Under the pieces are notes generated by a model. It saw only the letters and a list, made by a program, of their open reading frames with translations. It was not told the DNA's origin and did no database searches. A stretch of 40,085 nucleotides of DNA from an uncultured bacterium (GTDB lineage Bacteria; Bacillota_I; Bacilli_A; RF39; UBA660): assembly GCA_949293285.1 (NCBI GenBank), contig CASFCU010000027.1, positions 1-40,085 on the forward strand, read 5' to 3'. The position numbers and the translations under genes are program-made. Positions 1 through 8,328 of the stretch are shown here, piece after piece (the stretch's first letter is position 1; every line of letters starts with the position of its first letter).

Positions 1-1149
1 TCAGAAGACATTGCAAATTATAAAAATGAAGTTCCAAAAGAGGTAATAGAAGATACAGAAGATATACGTAATGCTTCACAGACATTACTAGAAATTATTG
101 GAAATATATTAGATATCAATAAAATAGAAAGTGATAAACTAGAGATTATAGAAAATCCATACAATTTTAAAGAAGAAATAACTAAAATGGCCAAAGTAAC
201 TGCCACTAGAATACAAGAAAAACCAATAGATTTTAAAATAACGATGGCGGAAGATCTCCCTTATGAACTGATAGGGGATAAAATTCACGTAAAAGCAATT
301 ATCAATAATCTTTTAACAAATGCAATTAAATATACAGAAAAAGGAAGTATTGAGCTTTCTGTAAAATGCATCAATGAAGAAAAGGTATGTAAACTAATCA
401 TCTCTTGCAAAGATACAGGAAGAGGAATCAAAAAAGAAGATATTAATAAACTATTTACAAAATTTGAAAGACTAGATATTGAACGAAATATGACAACGGA
501 GGGAACTGGATTAGGACTAGCTATTACGAAAGCCTTAGTAGAGTTAATGAATGGGAAAATCAATGTACAAAGTCAATTTGGAAGAGGATCTTTATTTATG
601 GTAACGATACCACAAAAAATAAGTAAAATGACTCGACCAGTAGATAATATCATCATAAAAGAACAAGAAGAGTCAATAAAGATAAATCTAAAAACAGATT
701 ACAGTGGTAAAAGAATATTGATAGTCGATGATAATAAATTGAATATAAAAGTAGCGGAAAAAGTCCTATCAAATTTCAATGTAAAACTGGATAGATGTGA
801 AAGCGGTAAAGAATGCTTAGAAAAAGTAGAAAATGGAAATACCTATGATTTAATATTAATGGATATTATGATGCCAGAAATGAGTGGAGAGACTACATTA
901 GCTAAATTGAAAGAAAAAAAGACATTTGATATTCCAGTGATAGCACTTACAGCCGATGCAGTAGCAGGAGCCAAAGAAAAATATTTATCTTTAGGATTTA
1001 CGGACTACATAGCAAAACCATTTACCAAAGATCAAATGAAAGAGAAATTAGATCAAATTTTTAGTAATGATACAAAAGAAGATAGATGGAAAGATGTACC
1101 TAAAGTAGTTATCTGTGGTGGTAATAACGATTTAAACAAAGAGCAGTAA
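1..1149 (+). CDS. Hybrid sensor histidine kinase/response regulator, 5'-truncated by the window edge
   Basis: Frame 1 is open from base 1 (SEDIANY...LLEIIGNILDINKIES, end of HisKA). HATPase N/G boxes NLLTNAIKYT, DTGRG, GTGLGL. C-terminal receiver domain (IVDD, LMDIMMP, IAKP). Confidence 0.93.
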   Translation, partial: SEDIANYKNEVPKEVIEDTEDIRNASQTLLEIIGNILDINKIESDKLEIIENPYNFKEEITKMAKVTATRIQEKPIDFKITMAEDLPYELIGDKIHVKAIINNLLTNAIKYTEKGSIELSVKCINEEKVCKLIISCKDTGRGIKKEDINKLFTKFERLDIERNMTTEGTGLGLAITKALVELMNGKINVQSQFGRGSLFMVTIPQKISKMTRPVDNIIIKEQEESIKINLKTDYSGKRILIVDDNKLNIKVAEKVLSNFNVKLDRCESGKECLEKVENGNTYDLILMDIMMPEMSGETTLAKLKEKKTFDIPVIALTADAVAGAKEKYLSLGFTDYIAKPFTKDQMKEKLDQIFSNDTKEDRWKDVPKVVICGGNNDLNKEQ

Positions 1150-1165
1150 TTGCTCGTTTTTGTTT
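1134..1165 (+). terminator. Probable intrinsic terminator
   Basis: AAACAAA-GAGCA-gtaat-TGCTC-GTTTTTGTTT hairpin with T-rich tail spanning the kinase stop codon. Confidence 0.6.
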
Positions 1166-1192
1166 GCTTTATTTCAAATATAATTATATAAT
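1164..1192 (+). promoter_or_regulatory. SigA-type promoter for fmt
   Basis: TTGCTT-17 bp-TATAAT. Confidence 0.6.
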
Positions 1193-1209
1193 TTTTGTAG
1201 GTGATACGT

Positions 1210-2151
1210 ATGAAAGAGAAAAAGATTGTTTTTATGGGAACTCCTGACTTTAGTGTTCCAATACTACAAGGATTAATAGAGAATTATCATGTAGTAGGGG
1301 TAGTGACTCAACCAGATAAAAGAATAGGAAGACATATGGAAATTTCATTTCCTCCAGTAAAAAAATTGGCTGTTGAAAATGGAATTAAAGTTATTCAACC
1401 AATGAAAATTCGAGAAGACTATGAAGAAATATTACAATTAGAACCTGATATCATTATAACATGTGCTTATGGACAGATGATTCCAAAGGCCATCCTTGAT
1501 TTTCCCCAATATGGTTGCATTAATGTTCATGCTTCACTTTTGCCAAGATTAAGAGGGGGAGCTCCTATTCATAGAGCAATCATGAATGGAGATAAAAAGA
1601 CAGGAGTTACTATTATGTATATGGATACTGCCATGGATAGTGGTGATATTATTTCTCAAGAAGAAGTTGAAATAACAGAGGATATGAATGTAGGACAACT
1701 TCATGACATACTTAGTAAAATTGGTAAAGACCTCCTTCTGAGAACACTACCTGATATTTTTTCTTCTAATATAGAAAGAATAAAGCAGGATGAGAGTTTA
1801 GTTACCTTTGGTAAAATTATAAAAAGAGAAGAGGAAGTTCTTGATTTTAATGATACTACAATTCATATCTACAATAAAATAAGAGGGCTTTCTCCTAGCC
1901 CTTGTGCTTATTCCTTACTAGATAGAAAAGTAGTTAAAATATACAAGGCAAGAATAGGAAAAAACTTAAGCAAAGCTTTACCAGGAATAATAGTAAATAT
2001 CTATAAAGATGGAATAGCAGTCAAAACAAAAGATGGAGAAATCATTATAGAAGAACTTAAATTTGAGGGAAAAAAGAAAATGACTGCAAATGCATTTTTA
2101 AATGGTATAAAAAAAGAAGAATTATTGGGAAAAATGTTTATGAAAGAGTAG
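1210..2151 (+). CDS. fmt: Methionyl-tRNA formyltransferase
   Basis: IVFMGTPDFS, VVTQPD, INVHASLLPRLRGGAPIH, MDSGDI motifs. AGGTGA RBS favours ATG 1210 over GTG 1201. Confidence 0.97.
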   Translation: MKEKKIVFMGTPDFSVPILQGLIENYHVVGVVTQPDKRIGRHMEISFPPVKKLAVENGIKVIQPMKIREDYEEILQLEPDIIITCAYGQMIPKAILDFPQYGCINVHASLLPRLRGGAPIHRAIMNGDKKTGVTIMYMDTAMDSGDIISQEEVEITEDMNVGQLHDILSKIGKDLLLRTLPDIFSSNIERIKQDESLVTFGKIIKREEEVLDFNDTTIHIYNKIRGLSPSPCAYSLLDRKVVKIYKARIGKNLSKALPGIIVNIYKDGIAVKTKDGEIIIEELKFEGKKKMTANAFLNGIKKEELLGKMFMKE

Positions 2152-2158
2152 TGATTTT

Positions 2159-2929
2159 ATGAACTATAATAAAGGATTTAATTATTCTGAACTATTTACA
2201 GATAAAAAATATCGTTCGAGACTAATATTAGCTATTTATGCCATAGTCTTTATTATCTTAATAGCATTTTTAAGAACTGAAATCAAAAATGGAAATATAG
2301 ATAGTAATTCTTTCAATGAAGAAAATAATAATGATATGATAGATAATAATACAAATAACAATACAGATAATAATACAGATGACAATTCATATATAGAAAA
2401 TATATTTTCTTACATTAATATGAATAATTATAACTTTGAATACACATTATATTATAATGATGATAAATATATATCCAGTGGAAAAAGATATGATCGAAAG
2501 TATGATTTTGACTTGACGAACGGAAAACAAACGATGCATTATCTTGTAAGTGGACCTATCGTTAAAGCCAAAAATAAAGAAGATATCGATGCTTCTTATA
2601 TGACGACTAATCTGCCATATTCTTACATTAACTATTTTGATAATGATACTTTAAAAGAAATATTAATAAATGCAAAACAAATATCTGTTGATACTTATGA
2701 AATCACGAATGGTGCATTAGCTCCTTTGATAGATAACGGAAGCAATTTTATCATTAGTGATGATGAATTAGTCAATCATATTATGCTAGAGATAAAAAAC
2801 AACATAGTGGTTGGTATCGATTTGGATTTTTCCAATTTGTTTTTTGGAGATAGTGATATCTTCAACTTTAAAATATCACTAAAATATTCGAATTTTGGAT
2901 TAATTGATAACTTTAGTGTTAATTTTTAA
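2159..2929 (+). CDS. Hypothetical membrane-anchored protein with Asn/Asp-rich linker
   Basis: 256-aa ORF with one N-terminal hydrophobic helix (LILAIYAIVFIILIAFL), a low-complexity linker and no recognised family motif. Confidence 0.8.
   Translation: MNYNKGFNYSELFTDKKYRSRLILAIYAIVFIILIAFLRTEIKNGNIDSNSFNEENNNDMIDNNTNNNTDNNTDDNSYIENIFSYINMNNYNFEYTLYYNDDKYISSGKRYDRKYDFDLTNGKQTMHYLVSGPIVKAKNKEDIDASYMTTNLPYSYINYFDNDTLKEILINAKQISVDTYEITNGALAPLIDNGSNFIISDDELVNHIMLEIKNNIVVGIDLDFSNLFFGDSDIFNFKISLKYSNFGLIDNFSVNF
2342..2389 (+). repeat. Degenerate 12-bp coding tandem repeat x4 (DNNT-like)
   Basis: gataataataca/aataacaataca/gataataataca/gatgacaattca. Confidence 0.65.
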
Positions 2930-2948
2930 CTAAAAATGAAAAAAAAAC

Positions 2949-2977
2949 TTGCAATATTAAAAAACATAGTATATACT
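2949..2977 (+). promoter_or_regulatory. SigA-type promoter of the tRNA cluster
   Basis: TTGCAA-17 bp-TATACT with an upstream A-tract (UP-element-like). Confidence 0.7.
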
Positions 2978-3010
2978 TTAGAAGTACGACCGGTAAATAG
3001 GTTAAGAAGT

Positions 3011-3087
<77 letters not shown>

Positions 3088-3094
3088 TGTATTT

Positions 3095-3171
3095 GCCTCA
3101 ATAGCTCAGTTGGTTAGAGCACTTGACTGTTAATCAAGGGGTCCTAGGTTCAAGTCCTAGTTGGGGCGCCA
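3095..3171 (+). tRNA. tRNA-Asn(GTT)
   Basis: GCCTCAA...TTGGGGC acceptor stem, anticodon arm CTTGA-CTGTTAA-TCAAG, encoded CCA. Confidence 0.97.
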
Positions 3172-3176
3172 TTTGT

Positions 3177-3253
3177 GGCCAGTTGGTGAAGTGGCTTAAC
3201 ACACCGCCCTTTCACGGCGGCATTCATGGATTCGAATTCCATACTGGTCACCA
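3177..3253 (+). tRNA. tRNA-Glu(TTC)
   Basis: GGCCAGT...ACTGGTC acceptor stem, anticodon arm CCGCC-CTTTCAC-GGCGG, encoded CCA. Confidence 0.97.
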
Positions 3254-3264
3254 AGTTGTAAATT

Positions 3265-3293
3265 ACCTTGAGAAGTCAAGGTTTTATTTTTTT
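3265..3293 (+). terminator. Intrinsic terminator after the tRNA cluster
   Basis: ACCTTGA-gaag-TCAAGGT followed by a T-run. Confidence 0.8.
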
Positions 3294-3396
3294 AGTACTA
3301 CATCAGTACTTTTTTTATTGGCAAAAAGATTTCCCAAAAAAGCTTTCTATAAATGAATAGCAAACGGTTAAATATCTTTTCATTTTTCTAATCAAA

Positions 3397-3415
3397 TGTT
3401 ATAATTAATTATAAC
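3397..3415 (+). promoter_or_regulatory. Extended -10 promoter overlapped by an 18-bp perfect palindrome (candidate operator)
   Basis: TGT-TATAAT at 3397-3405; GTTATAATTAATTATAAC at 3398-3415; RBS GGAGGT follows. Confidence 0.55.
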
Positions 3416-3431
3416 TATTGGAGGTAATATA

Positions 3432-3914
3432 ATGATTAAAAAAGTAAGTTTATTTTTTATGATGTTTCTTTTTCTTTTTTCATACACTATAACAGTGGAT
3501 GCCAGTATTATCGAGCCTAGAATATCATTCGATAATGAAATAGACTCAGACTTTAATATTGTCCAAGGTAGTGAGACTTCTGTAGATTGTAGTGGAATAT
3601 TCACAAGTGAGGCATTAGATTTAATCAGTGATATTTTAGGATGGTTTAGAATAATTGCTCCTATTCTTTTAATTTTATTAGTGGCATTAGATTTTGGGCA
3701 AGCAGTTCTCCAACAGGACAATGATGCTTTAAAAAAAGCTACTAGCAAAATTATTAAAAGAGCATTAGCAACCGTAGCGTTGTTCTTCGTTCCAACTTTT
3801 ATCAGAGTTCTAATTAATCTACCTGGAGTTAGAAGTACAATTCAAATACCAGATGATCCATTATGTGGGACAATGACAACTGTTATTCATGAAAATGATT
3901 TAGTAATAAAATAA
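3432..3914 (+). CDS. Membrane protein, TrbC/VirB2 (T4SS pilin)-like
   Basis: Signal peptide ending VDA, then two hydrophobic helices separated by a charged loop (DNDALKKATSKIIKR), the topology of VirB2-like pilins. Two Cys flank the hairpin. Family call is by pattern only. Confidence 0.6.
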   Translation: MIKKVSLFFMMFLFLFSYTITVDASIIEPRISFDNEIDSDFNIVQGSETSVDCSGIFTSEALDLISDILGWFRIIAPILLILLVALDFGQAVLQQDNDALKKATSKIIKRALATVALFFVPTFIRVLINLPGVRSTIQIPDDPLCGTMTTVIHENDLVIK

Positions 3915-3932
3915 ATTTATGGAGGGATTCAA

Positions 3933-5060
3933 TTGATTTACTTAGATTATTCAGCAACCACACCAGTCAATCCTGAAGTTTTAGAATCTTTTTCTAAAGC
4001 CGCTTTAAACTATCCAGGAAATCCCAATTCTCTACATAAACTAGGTGTCAAAGCAAATGAATTAATTGCAGCAGCAACTCTACAAATAGCTAATATTTTA
4101 GAACTGAAAAGTAATGAAATTATATACACTAGTGGTGCTAGTGAATCCAACAATCTAGCAATTAAGGGAATTTGTTACAAATATAAAAACAGAGGAAAAC
4201 ACATAATCACTACTAGATTTGAGCATTCATCAATATACGGGCCAATTAGTTACCTACAAAAAGATCAATTTGAAGTAGACTTTCTTGAAACAGATGAATT
4301 TGGTCTCGTCGACTTAGAAAAGCTTGAACAATTAATTAGAGATGACACAATTTTAGTCAGTATAGCCAGTGTCAATAGTGAAATAGGTATTAGACAACCA
4401 ATTGAAGAAATTGCTAAAATTGTAAAAAAACATCCGAAGTGTTTTTTTCACGTCGATATGACACAAAGTATTGGTAAAGAAAAAATCTCTTTACGTGAAG
4501 TGGATTTGGCCTCTTTTTCGGCACATAAATTTTTTGGCTTAAAAGGAATCGGAGTCTTAGTCAAAAAAGAAAAAATAGCCTTAGAACCAATCATTCACGG
4601 TGGAAAGAGTACAACTGTTTTTAGAAGTGGAACACCAGCTCTCCCTCTTATTGTATCTTTATCAAAAGCATTGAGACTTGCAACCGATGAGATTGAAAAA
4701 AAATACGATTATGTCAAAAAAATAAATAGCTATCTAAAAGAGAATTTATCAAGATACGAAAAAGTGAGAATCAATAGCAATGAATATTGTATACCACATA
4801 TACTTAATATAAGCATTATTGGTTGCAAACCGGAAACCATTCAGCATACCCTAGAAGAATACGACATATATATATCTACCCAGACAGCCTGCTCATCAAA
4901 AAGTAATTTTTCTAAGGCGGTTTTAGCACTTACCAACAATGAAGAAATTGCTTCTTCAAGTGTAAGAATAAGTCTATCACATCTAACGACTATAAAAGAA
5001 TGTGAAGAATTTTTAAAAGCGTTTTCTTCTTGCTATGAAAGGTTAACAAAATTGAGGTGA
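3933..5060 (+). CDS. iscS: Cysteine desulfurase (IscS/NifS family, NifZ-like)
   Basis: IYLDYSATTP, GNPNSLH, FHVD, SAHKF (PLP lysine), RSGT and ACSS catalytic Cys. TTG start with GGAGG RBS. Confidence 0.93.
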   Translation: MIYLDYSATTPVNPEVLESFSKAALNYPGNPNSLHKLGVKANELIAAATLQIANILELKSNEIIYTSGASESNNLAIKGICYKYKNRGKHIITTRFEHSSIYGPISYLQKDQFEVDFLETDEFGLVDLEKLEQLIRDDTILVSIASVNSEIGIRQPIEEIAKIVKKHPKCFFHVDMTQSIGKEKISLREVDLASFSAHKFFGLKGIGVLVKKEKIALEPIIHGGKSTTVFRSGTPALPLIVSLSKALRLATDEIEKKYDYVKKINSYLKENLSRYEKVRINSNEYCIPHILNISIIGCKPETIQHTLEEYDIYISTQTACSSKSNFSKAVLALTNNEEIASSSVRISLSHLTTIKECEEFLKAFSSCYERLTKLR

Positions 5061-5068
5061 TGAATTCC

Positions 5069-5332
5069 ATGACAATAATAAAAATTAGTGCAATGTGGTG
5101 TCCTGCCTGCATTATAATGAATAAATTTTGGAACGAAATAGAAGAAGAATTTCCATACATAGAGTTTATATCATATGATTTAGATATGGATGAAGAAGAA
5201 GTAAAGAAGTATAATGTTGGTAATACTTTACCAGTAATTATAATGATAAAGAATAATAAAGAAACAAATCGATTAATTGGGGAAAAAACAAAAGCAGAAA
5301 TAATGCGTTTTATTAAGGAAATAGATACATAA
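5069..5332 (+). CDS. Thioredoxin-family protein
   Basis: WCPAC active site, TLP cis-Pro loop, no signal peptide. GAGGTG RBS favours ATG 5069 (ORF track starts at 5057). Confidence 0.9.
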   Translation: MTIIKISAMWCPACIIMNKFWNEIEEEFPYIEFISYDLDMDEEEVKKYNVGNTLPVIIMIKNNKETNRLIGEKTKAEIMRFIKEIDT

Positions 5333-5333
5333 A

Positions 5334-6533
5334 ATGAATTTGAAAAAAATAATATGGATACTCTCTTTTATGCTCTTTTTAACCCCGATTCATGCACTAG
5401 CTTTATCAATTGATTATGATGACTTAATATATAATATAACAGATGAAGAAGTACTAGAAGATAAAATTAATATCTATTTTTTTTATGGGGACGGCTGTCC
5501 TCATTGTGCAAAAGAAGAAAAATTTTTGGATAGATTGAATGAAAAATATGCAGATAGCATCCAAATATTTAGATATGAAACATGGAAAAATTCTACTAAT
5601 AAATCCTATATGTTGAGTGCTAAAACCTTACTTGGTAAATCAGCAAATGTTAGCGTTCCCTTCACTGTTATTGGAAAAGAATCTTACTCTGGATACAATG
5701 ATACCGTTGGAGAAAAAATCGAAAAAAAACTGAGGGAATACTTAGAATTAGATAATCTAGAAGAATCAATAGTTAATGAAACCAAAGAAAATATACCATT
5801 TTTAGGAAATGTTGATGTCAAAGAGATATCCATTTTTCTAGTAGCAATCATCTTTGGATTTATCGATGGATTTAATCCTTGTGCTATGTGGATACTATTA
5901 TTTCTTATTAATATGTTATTTGGTATGAAAAATAAAAAAAGAATGCTCTTTTTAGGAATTTCCTTTTTGGCGGTTTCAGCACTGGTTTATTTTCTATCAA
6001 TGCTTGGCCTTACAACTATTTTTTCCTTTATATCTATTCCATTGATTAGAAGTATCATTGGTTTAATTGCATTGATAGTAGGACTTTACAACATACGAAA
6101 ATATTTTATAACTAAAAACAGTAATGAAGGATGTCATGTAGTAAATGAAACTAAGCGTAAAAAAGTATTCAAACGAATCAAAAAATTCACTACAGAACAA
6201 AACCTAATCTTAGCATTTATTGGAGTAGTCATTCTTGCTGTTTCTGTTAATATCATCGAGCTTGCTTGTTCCACTGTTTTTCCGGCAACTTTTGCTGAAA
6301 TCCTGGCAATAAATAACATTACGGGAATAGAAAGAATAATCTATCTTTTAGTCTATACTTTGTTTTATATGATAGATGATATGGTAATCTTTATCATAGC
6401 CGTATCTACTTTAACTATTACCACAGCAAGCTCTAAATACGGTAAATATTCTTCCTTACTTGCAGGAATCATCATGATACTAATGGGAATTCTTTTAATG
6501 TTTAAACCGGAATGGGTTATGTTCAATTTCTAA
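5334..6533 (+). CDS. Exported thioredoxin/glutaredoxin domain fused to a CcdA/DsbD-like transmembrane domain
   Basis: Signal peptide, GCPHC and SVPFTVIG, then about 6 TM helices with DGFNPCA and IELAC membrane cysteines. Confidence 0.85.
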   Translation: MNLKKIIWILSFMLFLTPIHALALSIDYDDLIYNITDEEVLEDKINIYFFYGDGCPHCAKEEKFLDRLNEKYADSIQIFRYETWKNSTNKSYMLSAKTLLGKSANVSVPFTVIGKESYSGYNDTVGEKIEKKLREYLELDNLEESIVNETKENIPFLGNVDVKEISIFLVAIIFGFIDGFNPCAMWILLFLINMLFGMKNKKRMLFLGISFLAVSALVYFLSMLGLTTIFSFISIPLIRSIIGLIALIVGLYNIRKYFITKNSNEGCHVVNETKRKKVFKRIKKFTTEQNLILAFIGVVILAVSVNIIELACSTVFPATFAEILAINNITGIERIIYLLVYTLFYMIDDMVIFIIAVSTLTITTASSKYGKYSSLLAGIIMILMGILLMFKPEWVMFNF

Positions 6534-6760
6534 GTGCAAAATATTTGGAATAAAACGATAAAAACTTAATTAAAGAGTAAAGTATGCAATTGGTTTCATC
6601 TTTCTTTGGATGAAAGATGACAATCATTTTCTATTTTCAATTTCTTCAAAGACCACCGAACTATTTAAGAAGATATTATCTATCTTTTTTGCCCATGAAT
6701 TGTGTACTTTCAAAAATAATATCCACTTAAGTGTTTAACTAATAATAAAATGGTGAAAAC

Positions 6761-6789
6761 TTGCATATTCTTTAGTGGTATGCTATAAT
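6761..6789 (+). promoter_or_regulatory. Strong SigA-type promoter
   Basis: TTGCAT-17 bp-TATAAT with TG extension. Confidence 0.75.
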
Positions 6790-6905
6790 TAATCACGTGA
6801 TGTAATCACTGGATTTATATTTCTAATTATTCTCTCTTCGTTAAAAAAGAAAAGATAACTAGGTAGCAGGTCCAATTATTTTTATTGATTAAGGAGGAGA
6901 TAGTA

Positions 6906-7082
6906 ATGCAAGAAACAGAATACAAAGATAAGACCATCAAATGTATAGACTGTGGAACTGAATTCATTTTCACAGCTAGAGATCAAGCTTTCTATGCTGA
7001 AAAAGGTTTTACAAACGAGCCAAAAAGATGTAAGCCTTGTCGTAATGCAAAAAAAGCAGCTAAAAGAACTGAAAATAAATAA
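6906..7082 (+). CDS. Small zinc-ribbon protein (zf-trcl-like)
   Basis: DKTIKCIDCGTEFIFTARDQAFYAEKGFTNEPKRCKPCR has two CxxC pairs. AAGGAGG RBS precedes ATG 6906. Confidence 0.9.
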   Translation: MQETEYKDKTIKCIDCGTEFIFTARDQAFYAEKGFTNEPKRCKPCRNAKKAAKRTENK

Positions 7083-7109
7083 AATCAAACGTCATGTTTG
7101 ATTTTTTTC
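7081..7109 (+). terminator. Intrinsic terminator
   Basis: AAAATCAAAC-gtcat-GTTTGATTTT plus T-run. Confidence 0.8.
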
Positions 7110-7155
7110 TACTTTTTTCGACATAATCATATGTTAAATTAAAATTGGTGATTGA

Positions 7156-7602
7156 ATGAAAAAAAATTTAATGATACCTTTAGTAATTTCTATTATTTTA
7201 GGTTTTATTTCTGCTCAAATAGTATATTCTACTTATAGAAAAAATCTAGAAGAATCTTCATATAATGCGTATATCATTCAAATAGGAAGCTATAATAATG
7301 AAGATTCATTAGATGAGACCTTTGAAAATGAAGAAGATTATTTAATAGTAGAAGAAGACGGAAAGTACAATGTTTATGTTGGAATAACAACGGATTTAGT
7401 GAATGCAAATAAAATCAAAAATCTATATCAAAATAAAAACATTGAAACCTATATTAAACCAACTGTTATTAATAATGTAGAATTTGTAAATAACTTAGAA
7501 CAGTATGATATTTTAATATCAGAAGTGGATAGTGAAGAAAACATTATTTCCATCAGTGACGTAATTTTATCGAGTTACGAAGAAATGGTTCTAGGAAAAT
7601 AA
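7156..7602 (+). CDS. Membrane-anchored protein with a SPOR-like domain (occupies the spoIIB position)
   Basis: N-terminal TM helix, YIIQIGSY and YNVYVG SPOR-like strands. Lies directly upstream of radC-mreCD, as spoIIB does in Bacillus. Confidence 0.6.
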   Translation: MKKNLMIPLVISIILGFISAQIVYSTYRKNLEESSYNAYIIQIGSYNNEDSLDETFENEEDYLIVEEDGKYNVYVGITTDLVNANKIKNLYQNKNIETYIKPTVINNVEFVNNLEQYDILISEVDSEENIISISDVILSSYEEMVLGK

Positions 7603-7628
7603 ACTTTTACGAATAATAATTTATTCAG

Positions 7629-8324
7629 GTGATGATTTTGCGTATTAAAGATATTCCTGACTTTGAAAGACCAAGAGAAAGGTTACTTTCCACTGGTGCA
7701 AGTAATCTTTCGAACGAAGAGCTTTTAGCTATTATACTTAGATGTGGTACGAAACAAAAATCAGCTAAAGAACTTTCTTTGGATTTGCTAAAAGAATTAA
7801 AAACGCTTCCAGATTTAAAAAAATTAACAATACATAAAATCATGTCCATAAATGGAATTGGTATTTCTAAAGCCACCATGCTATTAGCAGTAATAGAATT
7901 AGGAAGGAGAATTTTTTCTAGTGATACCATAAGCAATAGATGTAACTATACGAGCTCATTGATGATATATGAAAATGTCAAAAATCTATTTAAGGATAAA
8001 GAACAAGAATATTTTTATTGTCTTTATTTCGATAATAAACAGCATTTAATAGGGCAAGAACTTTTATTCATGGGTACAGTCAATAGAAGTGTTGTCCATC
8101 CAAGAGAAGTATTTAAATATGCTTATCTTTATTCTGCAACAGCAATCGTATGTCTTCATAATCATCCAAGTGGAGATATTCATCCTTCCAAAGAGGATAT
8201 TAAATTAACAGAAGCACTTGTTTCTATCGGAGAAATTAATAAAATACCAATTTTAGATCATATTATTATAGGTAACAATAATTATTATAGTTTTTCTGAT
8301 AATGGGAAAATTAATAATAGGTGA
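7629..8324 (+). CDS. radC: RadC family JAB-domain protein
   Basis: ERPRERL, HhH GIG, VHPREVF, HNHPSGD, LDHIIIG. True start may be ATG 7632 or TTG 7638. Confidence 0.95.
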   Translation: MMILRIKDIPDFERPRERLLSTGASNLSNEELLAIILRCGTKQKSAKELSLDLLKELKTLPDLKKLTIHKIMSINGIGISKATMLLAVIELGRRIFSSDTISNRCNYTSSLMIYENVKNLFKDKEQEYFYCLYFDNKQHLIGQELLFMGTVNRSVVHPREVFKYAYLYSATAIVCLHNHPSGDIHPSKEDIKLTEALVSIGEINKIPILDHIIIGNNNYYSFSDNGKINNR

Positions 8325-8328
8325 TAAT

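Noticed and set aside
3123-3356. 77-aa plus-strand ORF
   Set aside because: Overlaps tRNA-Asn, tRNA-Glu and their terminator; spurious.
6534-6760. Possible ncRNA; 9-bp hairpin TCATCTTTC/GAAAGATGA at 6596-6620
   Set aside because: A single hairpin that may simply end the upstream operon; no recognisable RNA family motif.
7629-8324. radC as a mobile-element marker
   Set aside because: Full-length form in the conserved chromosomal radC-mre context.
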